A stretch of 56,692 bases of DNA from a virus (lineage: Duplodnaviria; Caudoviricetes), in IMG/VR virus record IMGVR_UViG_3300020595_000045, positions 1 to 56,692 of that record, one strand, 5' to 3'. This document shows, piece after piece, positions 18,455 through 29,200 of the stretch. Numbering within the stretch: the stretch's first letter is position 1; every line of letters begins with the position of its first letter. The position numbers and the translations under genes were made by a program. The notes under the pieces were generated by a model. That model was not told the DNA's origin, did not search any database, and saw only the letters and a program-made list of their open reading frames with translations.

Positions 18455-18886
18455 TTATTCGGATTCAGTGCCAAAGCTAACTATTTCTTCAGGTGCGTTA
18501 TCGACAACAAGTTGAGCACTCGCGCGCTCTTCTTCGTCTTGGACAACTAGCGGATTGGGGATCGTATTTGTACTAGTAATAACATCGTCTCCGTTAGCTT
18601 CGTGAGTAGTAACTTCAATTGTAGCTTCGAGATCTTCGTCTACAGATTGTGCTAATCGCGCCAAAGCTTTTTTATAGAGGTGGAGGTCCCAGTTAAACGC
18701 GTTAGTAATTCTATTAGTGTCAGTGTCTGACTCTACGCTTTCCATATAGGCGTTAAACTCACCATCCGCTTTTCTAAAGCTGCGCTCACGTTTCCATTGC
18801 GGCCAATCACGGTCGATGTAAGTTTGAGTTCGGCGGCTAAGCTGATCAGTAGTAAGGAACTCTTGCCCTTTAGAAACAAAAATCAT
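18455..18886 (-). CDS. Tail-associated hypothetical protein
   Basis: 143 aa, translationally coupled within the tail operon. Confidence 0.65.
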   Translation of the reverse strand: MIFVSKGQEFLTTDQLSRRTQTYIDRDWPQWKRERSFRKADGEFNAYMESVESDTDTNRITNAFNWDLHLYKKALARLAQSVDEDLEATIEVTTHEANGDDVITSTNTIPNPLVVQDEEERASAQLVVDNAPEEIVSFGTESE

Positions 18887-19971
18887 TATTTTTTTACTCC
18901 AGTAATAACTATTTCAGTAGTTGGTGAAGGTGGTACAGCTACATCTATTGTTGGTACGCCATCTTCTAAGCCTAAGACGTAATCCTCTCCGGCCCCTTCT
19001 TTTTGGAGCAACCCGTCTAGGAAAACTTTTTTAGGTTCCGCGCCGCGCGGCAAACTGAAAATATCAGGCTGACCTTCGACTGCATACAAATTATCAAGTC
19101 TTACCCAAACGTCATCCCCGCCCGCTAAAAAAGTAGCGCTAGTTTCGGAGCCCGCAACAAACGTAAAACTAAATGTCCCTTTTGGGACAGGTACCGTTGA
19201 GTAATAGTGGCCGCCCGTTGTAGCGTTAGAATTGTTAGTCTTAAATATAAGTTGAATCTGACCTCGAGAAGCGATTACATCGCCAGCGACAGTATAGGTT
19301 TTCCCCTCTTCAAACACGTTGGCTTGGCTTAGAAGTCCAGTATTAGTCCCAGAGTCGCCAATCCACGCCCTTCTTTCGTTATTCTCAAATTGTGAATAGT
19401 CGCCGCTAACCGTCCATTGCCCAGAACCATTGTTATCATTGAAACTGCCGTCTCTCAGCAAATTTTTCTTAACTTCGACCATAGATATATTATCTATTAT
19501 GGCCTCTTGGTCGTTTGAATAAGTCCGAAATGTTATGTGCGAAATATTGGAACGCGCCATAAAATATAGAACTTCGTCGGTGTTGTCCGGGGTTTGCCCG
19601 TAGCGTTTTTCATCGACGTCATTAGACCCTGCTGTGCTTCCTACGCGTAGACGTGCGCCAGAAGCCGAAGCCCCTCCAGCGCTAACCAAAGTAAATCGAA
19701 TACGGTAATGGGCCCCTATCACAGTAGGAACTTCTACCCTAAGCTGCCCATCTGTAACGCCTATAGCTTTGATTTTAATTCCACCTGTGGCGGGTAATTC
19801 AAAATGCGCGGCGGAAGTGTTCAGCGTCCAACCGCTGTACCCTTCAGAAAAATCACCGTTACTTATTAACGAATTACGGACAATTCGAAACTTATTAGGT
19901 GCAGAAGGCGCTTTTAGTTCCACTAGCTCCTCACGGAGAACCCGCGAATTATTTTGAATTCTAACTGTCAT
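18886..19971 (-). CDS. Virion protein with two carbohydrate-binding-like domains (paralogue B)
   Basis: MTVRI...LREEL; two LI.NG.F....GW ... IDN.S modules. Confidence 0.7.
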   Translation of the reverse strand: MTVRIQNNSRVLREELVELKAPSAPNKFRIVRNSLISNGDFSEGYSGWTLNTSAAHFELPATGGIKIKAIGVTDGQLRVEVPTVIGAHYRIRFTLVSAGGASASGARLRVGSTAGSNDVDEKRYGQTPDNTDEVLYFMARSNISHITFRTYSNDQEAIIDNISMVEVKKNLLRDGSFNDNNGSGQWTVSGDYSQFENNERRAWIGDSGTNTGLLSQANVFEEGKTYTVAGDVIASRGQIQLIFKTNNSNATTGGHYYSTVPVPKGTFSFTFVAGSETSATFLAGGDDVWVRLDNLYAVEGQPDIFSLPRGAEPKKVFLDGLLQKEGAGEDYVLGLEDGVPTIDVAVPPSPTTEIVITGVKK

Positions 19972-21080
19972 TACTTTTGCACCCCAACAACAGTAACCGA
20001 AGCATCACCCGCAAGGTCTATCGTAGGGACAAGGCTGACTGAAGTGCCTCTGTTATATTGAACATAATCACGGGCAAGGCCTTCTTCTTGGTAAACTCCG
20101 TTAACGTATACTTCGTCAACGTAGAAGTCACCTGGGAGTTCATAACTAGTTGAACTAGGGCCGCGAGTAAGTAGCACATCTCCTACAAGTGACGTACCGT
20201 TTAGATTATTAAAGTTGCGGAAAAATATATGTGTCGTTGTTGATAGAGCAACAAACGTGGCTGTATGCACACCTGGCTGGCGGGTAACCCCCTGGCCGTG
20301 AATATTTGAGGACAGATAACCTGAACCTACCCCATAGTTCGTAGCACCATCAGCCACTCTGAATCGGAATGTGTATGTTTCACCAATAACAGTCGGCACT
20401 TCAACTCTGGCCCTGCCCTCATTAGCACTTGTAGCGCCTGACGTTAAAGCTAGTGATCGACCATTAGGGTTTGTGTAATCAAGGTGGCTGACACTGCCGC
20501 CTGTTTCAGACTCGTCAATCCAGCCCTCTATCCCAGAATTAAAGTTCCCGTTATCTATAAGGTTAGCGCCCATACGCACTACCGAGACATCGTCTACAAG
20601 AACATAGTCTGTAGTACTGTTAGTCTGCATATATATACGCAGCCTTGAAGAACTGTGGGTCGCTGTAAAAAACAGGTCGTACTCGGCCTCTGCTGTGGCT
20701 GCCTGTACAGGCTGTTCGGCTATCAATAGCTGGGGGGCGGACGTATCTTCTTCGACCCGCACCGTGGTTAGTGCGGAGGCCGTGTTGGTGGTGTCTATTT
20801 TTAAGCGCACTCTATAAGCCTGCCCGATGACAGTGGCTATCGTGTAGAGACCCGACGCCCAACCGGTCGCGTTTTTTGCTAGCTTAAGTTTCCCGTTATC
20901 AACAGAGACGTCTAAGTTTGATGAAAGTGGAGACCAACCTGCAGTGGACTGAGTACTAAAACTACCATTAGCTACAATGTTGTCAAAGTGGAGCGTGCGG
21001 CCTTGAGGTTCAACTTTTGCCCTAGCTGAAGCTAATTCTTCACGCAAGCTAATAGCTGGCTTTTCAATTCTAACAGTCAT
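19971..21080 (-). CDS. Virion protein with two carbohydrate-binding-like domains (paralogue A)
   Basis: MTVRIEKPAISLREEL; two NG.F...GW ... DDVSV modules. Confidence 0.7.
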   Translation of the reverse strand: MTVRIEKPAISLREELASARAKVEPQGRTLHFDNIVANGSFSTQSTAGWSPLSSNLDVSVDNGKLKLAKNATGWASGLYTIATVIGQAYRVRLKIDTTNTASALTTVRVEEDTSAPQLLIAEQPVQAATAEAEYDLFFTATHSSSRLRIYMQTNSTTDYVLVDDVSVVRMGANLIDNGNFNSGIEGWIDESETGGSVSHLDYTNPNGRSLALTSGATSANEGRARVEVPTVIGETYTFRFRVADGATNYGVGSGYLSSNIHGQGVTRQPGVHTATFVALSTTTHIFFRNFNNLNGTSLVGDVLLTRGPSSTSYELPGDFYVDEVYVNGVYQEEGLARDYVQYNRGTSVSLVPTIDLAGDASVTVVGVQK

Positions 21081-21083
21081 ACT

Positions 21084-23522
21084 TTACTCCTCCACCACTA
21101 GTCCGTTTACTGCGCTAATCCCAACGGTAATCCCGTTTGTAGTTTGGTCTACTCGCTGTAAACCAGAAAAAACTGAGCGACCTTTGGTCTGTTCCGACGC
21201 TCCGTTAGTGCCAGCGTGGACTAAATTGGTATCAGCGTCATGAGTAACTGCTAGTACGTTATTTACAGTCCCGGCTAGCACGCATTTCGCACCTACACCA
21301 AACAGCTTGGATTCGTCGCGGTACATTTTTTCTATCTGAGCTGCTGTAGGTGCCTGCGTTGAAAATCTGACTAATGCCAGGCGCCCGTTGTTAAGACCGT
21401 TTGAGCCAGATACCGAGATACCCAGTCGCATTAATGCGCCTGGTGCAGTTAAGTCGTGTCTACCTGTTGCTTGGGCTTCAGGCTTTCCATCAATCCATAT
21501 TTGGATCAAGCCGTCAGTCCGCGTTACGCCGACTAAATGGTAATTGCCGTCGTTTACAGTTTTTGTAGTTTGGAAAGTGATACCAAGATTAGCCTGCACC
21601 TGACCAGTACTCAGTAGTCTCAAATAGTGGTTAGTCTGATCTGCTGAAGACGCAGTATCCCTTCGGTGATATATGTAGTCAGTAGCTGCCGCTGTTGTTC
21701 TAACCCAGGCCATGGCGGCCCAGTCACCAGTGCCTACATCCATGTCCGAGTTATAAGCTTGCTCCACAACGTTGTTAGATGTGAAGTCTGTCAAATATGA
21801 CAGATCATTCGTAGCTGAAACTTTCGCCCTGTCGATTTCACCAATAACATGGAACGGTTTTTGGTGCTTTGACCGATCGCTGAGAGCTGAAGTAACAGAC
21901 ACGTCGTCGACAGTGATAGACGTAACATTGGCGTCTTCTGCCCCAAAAGTGATGTACTGCGAAGTAGCAGATGCCACAAACTCAAAGATGTGTGTGCCAG
22001 CGCTAAGGCTAGTTTTACTCAGAGAAGCCGAGGCCCCAGAAGAAGCCCCGATACGTACCACGGCGTTTTCGCTACCAGACAGCTTGAAGCTAATCGCGTA
22101 GGCCTGCCCTGTAACGGTAGTTATTTGTTGATTTACTGCCGTGTGATGAATGCCCCCACCATTCTGCGTTGCTACTAGAGCACCGCCAGAGTGGGTGATA
22201 GTAAAGCCAGTTTGCGCGGTCCAACCAGTTACGTTTGATGTAAAGTCACCATTAGTAATTAGCTGCCCACCGACAATATTATCGGGGCTGGTATGCATGC
22301 CTACGGCCGCGACCGTACTATCTAACAACCACCCTGTGTTGTAATTAGTAGAAATTTCGGCGAGCATACCGCTCTTATAGTCGGAGGGATCTTGAGCAAC
22401 CAGTCTTAGCCCGTTACCACACCCTATAACCAAATCGTGGCCTGACATGGGCGCAAGTTTATTTCTACCCGCGGTTACCGTTGTCACGAAGTTACCTATT
22501 GAATATTGATACTTTCTCCAATTAATTAGAGTCTGATCGCTAGTTGGTATATCACCAACCGCTACTCGACCGCCGTTCGCGCATGCGAGTTTAGAGTCAC
22601 TATAAAAACAAACGTTATCGACATCAGTGCCTGGGTTAGTAATATCAACAACAGTCCTATCATCCTTGATAACACTCACACCACCATTAGTAGCAACCGC
22701 TATGGTTGGCACAGGTAGTCCAGTGTCAGCGTCTATAGGTGCGTTAGGGAGGACGGTCATGGCTACGTCGTTGACCATAGAATTAACAATTGTTATGTCT
22801 GATATGCCAGCCACGTTGTTATAGTATCCGTAATCAGAACTATCATTACGTTTGTCTATGCCTCCCTGTTTATAGAAACCCCCGTAAGCGGTACTAGCAG
22901 TAATCCATCTTGCTGTATCTTTTATAAAACTTATGTAACTCAAATCTCCATTAGTCTGAAGCCCAAGGTACATTTCTCCGTTTATAATAGCGACCGAACT
23001 TATAGCTGGTGTTCTTAACATGTTGTTACCAGCGGCTTGAAAAATCATCCACATTGGCATGGTAGGGTCATCACCATCGTAGATCGTAAGCTGGGCACTC
23101 TCAGCAACAATCACAGCAACCGCAGGGAACTTCTTAGTTGCTCCACGAGTGCTAGTGTTTAACGCTTCGTTGTACCAGCTAGTGCCTTGTGTGCGATGTC
23201 TCCATGCACCACCGTCAGAGTCTTTGCTAGTGTCGTAGACAAATACGTCTACGGCAGTGTCTGACTTAGACTCAGCTATAGCCGTAAGGTCTTGGTAAGC
23301 TACTGCTGAGTTTGCGCTCGCCTGTGCAGTTTCAGCTGCGGTCTTAGCAGCTAGCGCGGCATCCTTGTAACTCTCGGCGGTAGTAGCGTAGCCGTCAGCT
23401 AGCGTTTTTTGTGTAGTAGCATCTGTCACTTTTGCATCTAGTGTGCTTTTAGCGACATTAACCGCTGCTGTTAAGCTATTAACGCTTGTTGTTAGCGTCG
23501 AGACTTCTGATTCGATAGTCAT
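21084..23522 (-). CDS. Tail fibre/spike protein with CBM-like and LamG/ConA-like domains
   Basis: N-terminal coiled coil; ITNGDF..GW module; AWVRT...DGNYHLVGVTR...IWIDG LamG pattern. Confidence 0.75.
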   Translation of the reverse strand: MTIESEVSTLTTSVNSLTAAVNVAKSTLDAKVTDATTQKTLADGYATTAESYKDAALAAKTAAETAQASANSAVAYQDLTAIAESKSDTAVDVFVYDTSKDSDGGAWRHRTQGTSWYNEALNTSTRGATKKFPAVAVIVAESAQLTIYDGDDPTMPMWMIFQAAGNNMLRTPAISSVAIINGEMYLGLQTNGDLSYISFIKDTARWITASTAYGGFYKQGGIDKRNDSSDYGYYNNVAGISDITIVNSMVNDVAMTVLPNAPIDADTGLPVPTIAVATNGGVSVIKDDRTVVDITNPGTDVDNVCFYSDSKLACANGGRVAVGDIPTSDQTLINWRKYQYSIGNFVTTVTAGRNKLAPMSGHDLVIGCGNGLRLVAQDPSDYKSGMLAEISTNYNTGWLLDSTVAAVGMHTSPDNIVGGQLITNGDFTSNVTGWTAQTGFTITHSGGALVATQNGGGIHHTAVNQQITTVTGQAYAISFKLSGSENAVVRIGASSGASASLSKTSLSAGTHIFEFVASATSQYITFGAEDANVTSITVDDVSVTSALSDRSKHQKPFHVIGEIDRAKVSATNDLSYLTDFTSNNVVEQAYNSDMDVGTGDWAAMAWVRTTAAATDYIYHRRDTASSADQTNHYLRLLSTGQVQANLGITFQTTKTVNDGNYHLVGVTRTDGLIQIWIDGKPEAQATGRHDLTAPGALMRLGISVSGSNGLNNGRLALVRFSTQAPTAAQIEKMYRDESKLFGVGAKCVLAGTVNNVLAVTHDADTNLVHAGTNGASEQTKGRSVFSGLQRVDQTTNGITVGISAVNGLVVEE

Positions 23523-23535
23523 GATCTATTCCCAA

Positions 23536-23850
23536 TTACGCAAACGCGTTCTGTGTGATGTATCTGGTGTTGGTGTCTGTCACAGTAGAAGCCATCTGAA
23601 GCAATGACGTTTGTACGATCGTCTTGTAATCTTCCAAGGCATTAGTCTTCTGCGTGAGGGCCGACTCGACACTAGCTACATATGCAGTCATAGTTTGTGG
23701 AGTTGATCCAAAAGTAAAAGACGTAACTGTAAGCGCAGCAGCTGTGTCACCAGACTGCAGCTTGTCGGTATTCAGGTTGGTAAAATTCGCATCGACCTCA
23801 TTACTAGTGAGACCCGAACCTTTTCCTGATCTAGTAGTAATCGTGCTCAT
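23536..23850 (-). CDS. Short tail-fibre-like structural protein
   Basis: TITTRSGKGSGLT..EVDANFTNLN.DK anchor-like motif. Confidence 0.65.
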   Translation of the reverse strand: MSTITTRSGKGSGLTSNEVDANFTNLNTDKLQSGDTAAALTVTSFTFGSTPQTMTAYVASVESALTQKTNALEDYKTIVQTSLLQMASTVTDTNTRYITQNAFA

Positions 23851-23851
23851 A

Positions 23852-24310
23852 TTAGCCAGCCAGTAAGTTTAAGGACCAAGTGATGGTCATTGCGTCGGCA
23901 GCCTGCTTATTTACAGGTGGAAAAACAGTGCGACATAACATAGCGCCTCCAGTAGAAGCGGAAAAAACACCAGCCTCAGTAATAGCACCAGTACCGTCAC
24001 CTGCTTCGAAAGACGCGGTATAGGTAATAGTCGAACCTGATACAGTCGTGCTGTCTAAGGCTTCCCTATTTCCTAACGTCGTAAACAAGTTAGTTTGATT
24101 GCTTGCCGCGGCAGTTGACCCAGAACCGACGGCCATGTGTGTCATAACCTGAGCGGTAGCGTCTTTCATTCTTGAGACAACGAAATCGAGTCCGCCGTCT
24201 ACTACTAAGTTTTTCAATTTGCGCGTGTCCTTAACGAAGCCGTCTTCGCCGTATAGCGAGATGGTTAAGTCACCACGAATTTTTAAATCTTCTTTAATCA
24301 TGTTAGTCAC
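23852..24310 (-). CDS. Tail/baseplate-associated structural protein
   Basis: NLVV..G...MAVGSG.TAA...L...ITEAG.F...ML.R.VF. Confidence 0.65.
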   Translation of the reverse strand: MTNMIKEDLKIRGDLTISLYGEDGFVKDTRKLKNLVVDGGLDFVVSRMKDATAQVMTHMAVGSGSTAAASNQTNLFTTLGNREALDSTTVSGSTITYTASFEAGDGTGAITEAGVFSASTGGAMLCRTVFPPVNKQAADAMTITWSLNLLAG

Positions 24311-24312
24311 CG

Positions 24313-24810
24313 TTAAAACGTGTTTATGAATCCGACGTAATCGTCTAAAAAATAATCTAGGTTGCAGTAATCTTGGCCTTTCAAAACTCCGCTCTCAGTA
24401 AAAGCGCCGAAGTCTTCAGCAATAGGGCGAGCTAATATGAACTCAGCGCTATCTACAAAAATACCCGAATCGCTCGGGTTCTTACCAAATGTAAGGTAAT
24501 CAATAGCGTCTGATAGGCTCGCGCTATCAGATCTATTCGGGTTGATAAACAATGAGGCTTCATCGTATAAAGCCATCGCGTCTGTTTTGCTTGTAGCAAA
24601 ATCAAACTGCGAGCTTTCAGTTATAGCAAGTAAGTCAACTAAACCTTTACTAACAGTGACAGCCTGCGAGTCAGCAAACTGCATTGTGTCGTCGCGGAAA
24701 TACTGGTTTATCGGATCTGCATTAAGAGTAAGTCCGTCTATCTCAATGACGCGATACTCAACATCAGTGAGCTCAGGGTTGGCGTAATTAACAACAGCTT
24801 TTAATGCCAT
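24313..24810 (-). CDS. Acidic virion structural protein
   Basis: Repetitive acidic D-x-x-x-x-x-D pattern; tail operon. Confidence 0.55.
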   Translation of the reverse strand: MALKAVVNYANPELTDVEYRVIEIDGLTLNADPINQYFRDDTMQFADSQAVTVSKGLVDLLAITESSQFDFATSKTDAMALYDEASLFINPNRSDSASLSDAIDYLTFGKNPSDSGIFVDSAEFILARPIAEDFGAFTESGVLKGQDYCNLDYFLDDYVGFINTF

Positions 24811-25202
24811 TAGTCAAAATCGCCTCTTACCTTGAACTTCAGAAAATCGTAAACGGTTTGTATGCCGCCGCCTGGGAAAGTAATCTCTATTTCCCCCTCA
24901 AACGTGCCGGCTGTATCTAGTGTGCCGACAGGGAAATCAGTAGCCACAAGGCCAGCCGCCGCGTTTGTAATTGTGCATAGGAGAGTGGCCTTAATTTCTG
25001 TGCTACCAATAGCTCGTATGCGAAGACGGACAGTAGCAGAGGTGAGGTCTATAGGTGCCCAGGTCTCGCTATTATTTTCATCGAGCGTCGCCCCAGCCGC
25101 CGCAGCATTGCTGTCTCTCAAGCTAAACGCTAGTTCAGGCAAGGTGTCATCCTTCACTAGTTTTATCGTTTGTGCGTAGCCCATTTTTAAACCTCTATTC
25201 AA
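24810..25202 (-). CDS. BppU/DUF2479-like baseplate-upper-type protein
   Basis: DTLP.L...PIDLT.ATVRL...AGTFEGEIEITF..G.IQT; true start may be 25184. Confidence 0.6.
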   Translation of the reverse strand: MNRGLKMGYAQTIKLVKDDTLPELAFSLRDSNAAAAGATLDENNSETWAPIDLTSATVRLRIRAIGSTEIKATLLCTITNAAAGLVATDFPVGTLDTAGTFEGEIEITFPGGGIQTVYDFLKFKVRGDFD

Positions 25203-25209
25203 TGCATTA

Positions 25210-25226
25210 TATTAGCAGCACTAATA
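25210..25226. promoter_or_regulatory. 17-bp operator upstream of the tail-fibre operon
   Basis: TATTAG-cagca-CTAATA adjoining a minus-strand TATAAT. Confidence 0.75.
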
Positions 25227-25231
25227 AAATA

Positions 25232-25585
25232 CTAGTATTTATATTTCCACATCACGGGTGTAGTGTCTCGATCATCGACGTGGACAAAGCCCTGCGCCAC
25301 GCCCACCCCCTTAAAATCCAACTGCAATGCTTTCTCTACTAGAATCCGTCGTTGTACACCGCCTGACACGGCCAGATCCGCAGCAATTCCGCGACTATGG
25401 GTGCCCGGCGTCGCCTTGGTTTTCTCAATTGAATGACCCTCTGGGCATCTGAAACCTGACGTTACATACAGGGGGAATCCAACGGCCTCTCTGAGCAGGT
25501 CTAGGCGCTTCAAAAACTCCATGTCCATCTCGTTGCGCCCGGTTTCTTGGCAGTCAAAATCACTAACTTCAAAATATTTAAGCAT
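25232..25585 (-). CDS. Endolysin, peptidase M15 family
   Basis: F.C, SGFRC, H..G.AAD, FVHVD.R zinc-peptidase motifs. Confidence 0.85.
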   Translation of the reverse strand: MLKYFEVSDFDCQETGRNEMDMEFLKRLDLLREAVGFPLYVTSGFRCPEGHSIEKTKATPGTHSRGIAADLAVSGGVQRRILVEKALQLDFKGVGVAQGFVHVDDRDTTPVMWKYKY

Positions 25586-25588
25586 TAT

Positions 25589-25870
25589 TTAACCTCTCAT
25601 TAGATACGCTATAAAGCCCACTAAACCTGCCCAAGCTGTAGCGACCATAGCTGTTCCTGTCCTAGCGACCAAAGTGTTACTGGCGGTAGAGACCTCTATC
25701 TCTTCAATTTTCTTTTCGTTTTCATCAAGGCGCAGTTCGTGCCGTTTAAGGCGAGCATCCGTTCCAACAAGCTTTTCTTCTACTCGAGCAACATTCGTTA
25801 GCACTTCGGTCAACTTGTCGATCTTTACTTCTAGCCGATCAAAGCGCCTGTTTGTTTCGGGGTCGGTCAT
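25589..25870 (-). CDS. Coiled-coil protein with C-terminal TM (holin/antiholin-like lysis accessory)
   Basis: Start reassigned to MTDPET (ATGA overlap with the holin stop). Confidence 0.6.
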   Translation of the reverse strand: MTDPETNRRFDRLEVKIDKLTEVLTNVARVEEKLVGTDARLKRHELRLDENEKKIEEIEVSTASNTLVARTGTAMVATAWAGLVGFIAYLMRG

Positions 25871-26244
25871 TTGCGCATTCCCATAAGTTTTGACGCGCCT
25901 TTGATTCCGAAGGAACTTGAGATCGCGATAAATAATAAATATTGATACCACTCAGGTAAGTCATTCAAAGTGGCGAACGCTAGTTGCACGCGCTCAACAA
26001 CGGACATATCGTTTGCAATAATTGCGTAACCCACCATGAATATTGGTATAGCTAATATTATAGTCCAAAACTCGTCTTTCCACGAGGAAGCAGACGCATC
26101 GACCATTTTTGATTCCCAGTCTGCGTCGTTCTGAATGACGTTCATTTTTGCTTCGTGCTTAGCCTGTTTTTCTTCGGCTCTGTTAGCCAGGAAAGTTTTG
26201 CCAATATCTGCCACAGGCCCAAGCAATGCTGTAAATATACTCAT
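25867..26244 (-). CDS. Holin (3-TM, GTA-holin-like)
   Basis: SSWKDEF followed by a TM, LPEWYQY.L...SFG; upstream of the endolysin. Confidence 0.7.
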   Translation of the reverse strand: MSIFTALLGPVADIGKTFLANRAEEKQAKHEAKMNVIQNDADWESKMVDASASSWKDEFWTIILAIPIFMVGYAIIANDMSVVERVQLAFATLNDLPEWYQYLLFIAISSSFGIKGASKLMGMRK

Positions 26245-29200
26245 AAAAGTGTCCTTGCAATAGCGCCGGCCGCGAGGATGACTCCCGCCTGGTCTTGTGG
26301 TGAATCCATACGTTTTCCAAGAGCGTCAATAGGTCCGATCCCCAGTGCCTTATCAGCTAACTCAGCTGTAGGACCAAGCAATGTAGCGATACCTGATCCA
26401 CCCCAGCGCTCCGATCTTTGTGCCATAGTGAGTAAGCCTAGTGGCCCATCGAGCCCTGATCGGCCAAACAGCTCCTGGAAATAAGTGCCATAGTCCATGT
26501 GGTCTGATCTTAGATACTTCAAGCTGCCGTCTATCCCAGGGAGTGCGTAGGACAGTCCGACCTTTGCATACTCACGAAGCTCCAAGCCCAATGCGGCGAG
26601 TGGCATAAATGCAGCCATTGTAATTATCAGCAATGGTGCCATAGCAGGCATAATCCCCTCACCGTTAAGGATGCGTTGCCCTACTTCTCGACCAATACCT
26701 TGAAGAATCACTTTGTTGAATGCATAGATAAATGATTTTAGCTGCCATATCAAAGCGAAGCGGGGGTCTGATGCCCAAACAGGGCGCTCAGCAGCATTTG
26801 GTCTAAGAACCGAGCTCTCAACAAAACGCGCTAAAGCACCTTTGACAGCTTCCCCGTCAGCCCCCTCAAAAGAGAACCCGCTCTCTTGCCAGCGGCGTAC
26901 CTGATCGTAAGTTACGCCAAGTTGTTCTAAGTACCGGTCTGACCTTTTGCTAGGGTTGTTAGCGTGTTCGATTAAGAAACGCTTCGCCATCCCTGAAGAA
27001 AACTCTCTGGATAATGTGGTGAGATAGCTCAGCCCGGTATACTGGAAAAATTTGTCTGTGACTTGTCTTGCCGTAGGGTCAAGCATGTCACTATCAGCTT
27101 GTGACATCCACGCGTTTGCCGCAGCCTCTGGCATAACGACGCCAATGTCGTTAGCTAAACGTTTTGCAGCTTCTCTATCTTGAATCTGACTGATCATCTC
27201 CTTAATAGCCATGCCAAAACCGTTGAACTCTTTTGTCTGCACAATCGAACCAGCAAAATCCGGTATAGAGGCAAAAACAGCAAAAGGTAGAAGCGTTACT
27301 AAGTTCAGGGTTCCAAGGTAACTGTTAGCTTTCCGGAACGCAGGTGACAAGTGAGTAACGTTACCAAGGTACGCGTTGATAGTAGCTTCAGCTGTGGCTC
27401 GGTTGTTCTTTGTTAAATCATCAAGCAATGGGCCAAGAAGGTCTTTGCCGGATGCGTCTCTGGTCACTCGATTCCACTCAACGCGCTTTGTAATATTATC
27501 GATGTAGCTCATCAAAGCGATCTCAGGCTGTTGCACAAAGCCGAGCTCAAGCAGGACGTCTGGCGGGATATTCTTAGTAAGTTCTATCTTCGCTTCTACA
27601 GCCGCCGCGGGATCAAATGCATCGCGGTCACTTGGCACATCTTGATCTGAGTCAATAACTTGCTGGTACTTGACCAGACGTTGCACAGTCTTTAGGACGT
27701 CTGCTCGCTTAGCATCTGGCTCGTATTGCATAATCAAGTCGACGAAAGCATCGGGGTCATTCGCTATCTCAGGTAAACTCAAAAGGGTTGGGAAGTAATT
27801 CTCGCGAAAACCGATATTAGTATTCGAGGGCGTTACATACTCTTTGTGCATTTTTTCAAGATATTCACGGATCGCTTTCGCCTTCGGAGATTCTAGCTCC
27901 GCAGTTGGAGTTCTACCCTGTGCTTCTTTAAAAGCGGCTTGTACCTCGTCAGTAGTCCAATCTGTGCCAAGCACCTTATATAAACCTGCTCGCCACTCAT
28001 CTCGGGCGAGTTGACGAGCTTGTACGAAGCCCATGCCAGACTTACTGTTTGAGCGGATATAGAAAAGATCGGCCAACTCGTTGCCTGCAACTTGGCGGAG
28101 TAACCCGTCAGCAGTGCGTAGGATGCCTAGTATCTTCATAGCGCTAGGATTGTTCTCACTAAACTGTTTTTTCCACTGCTCTAGCTTTTTACGCCATGCT
28201 GCTGCACGCGCTTCAGCTCCAGACTGTCTTTCAATCTGCTTTCGAATTGCCTCAACGATCGCCTTCTGTTCCCAAGATGGTTCGTTAGGTATTGGCCGAC
28301 TGTTGTCGTTATTACCATTACCGCCATCGTCAGGTGTGTCAGGTGTATCAGGTGTATCAGGTGTGCTATCTGTTTCACCAAGAGCGCCCATCGCCGAAGT
28401 AGAGCCGACTACATTACCGTCAGCATCCTTAAGGTCCACGGTGATTGTTTCGCGGTTAGACCTGCGCGCTTTAGATACATCGTCCATGTACTTCTTAAAT
28501 TCTGGGGCTAACTTATCCGTTCGGCGGAATATCTGATGGGACGAAACTTCTTTCCAAAGGTTTTTAAATCTTTGCACAACCCGTTTGAAGTGGCTATCAA
28601 GGGCGTTCCCTGCACCTTTCTTATCAGAAAGGGCGTCTTTTTTGACCCATGCTGCGACCTGGTCTGCGTACCACTCTTCGAATCCAACTTGTTCCCACTG
28701 TTGGACCGGCGAGCCTTCGTCGCGAGCCTTCTGTCGATCACGAGTAAATGCGTCGAGCATTCTCTGGTACAGAGCTGGGTTTGCTCTGATCCCGTCGATC
28801 TCTTCTCGGAATAGGGAGTGGCCCATCTCATGCGCGACTACCATCGCCAACGCTGCTTCGTTGGTATTGTGTAGGTCATTAACCATCAACACCGTCGCCT
28901 GGCCAATCTTAACGCTGAAACCTTTCCGACTTTGTCCTTTATTAAGGGAGTCTTGGAATATAAAAACAAGTTTTTTGGTGGCGCTGACACTGTTCGTCAT
29001 TGGGAGAAAAGCTTCGTATAAAGCCCTGCGCACAATAGAGTCGCCAATTATTGTAGCGTTACCTACTCTGGCGACGTGACCACCAATTGTTTCATTCAAC
29101 AGGCCGTCTTTCTGAAGCTGTATCAGGAACTCGCCGACAGCACGCGGGTCGCCAAGATTTATCCCTCGCGAGTCCTTAGTGCCCATCAGCTTGCGCATAG

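Noticed and set aside
11796-23522. Diversity-generating retroelement or invertible tail-fibre cassette
   Set aside because: No reverse transcriptase, no TR/VR pair differing at adenines, and no invertase or flanking inverted repeats seen
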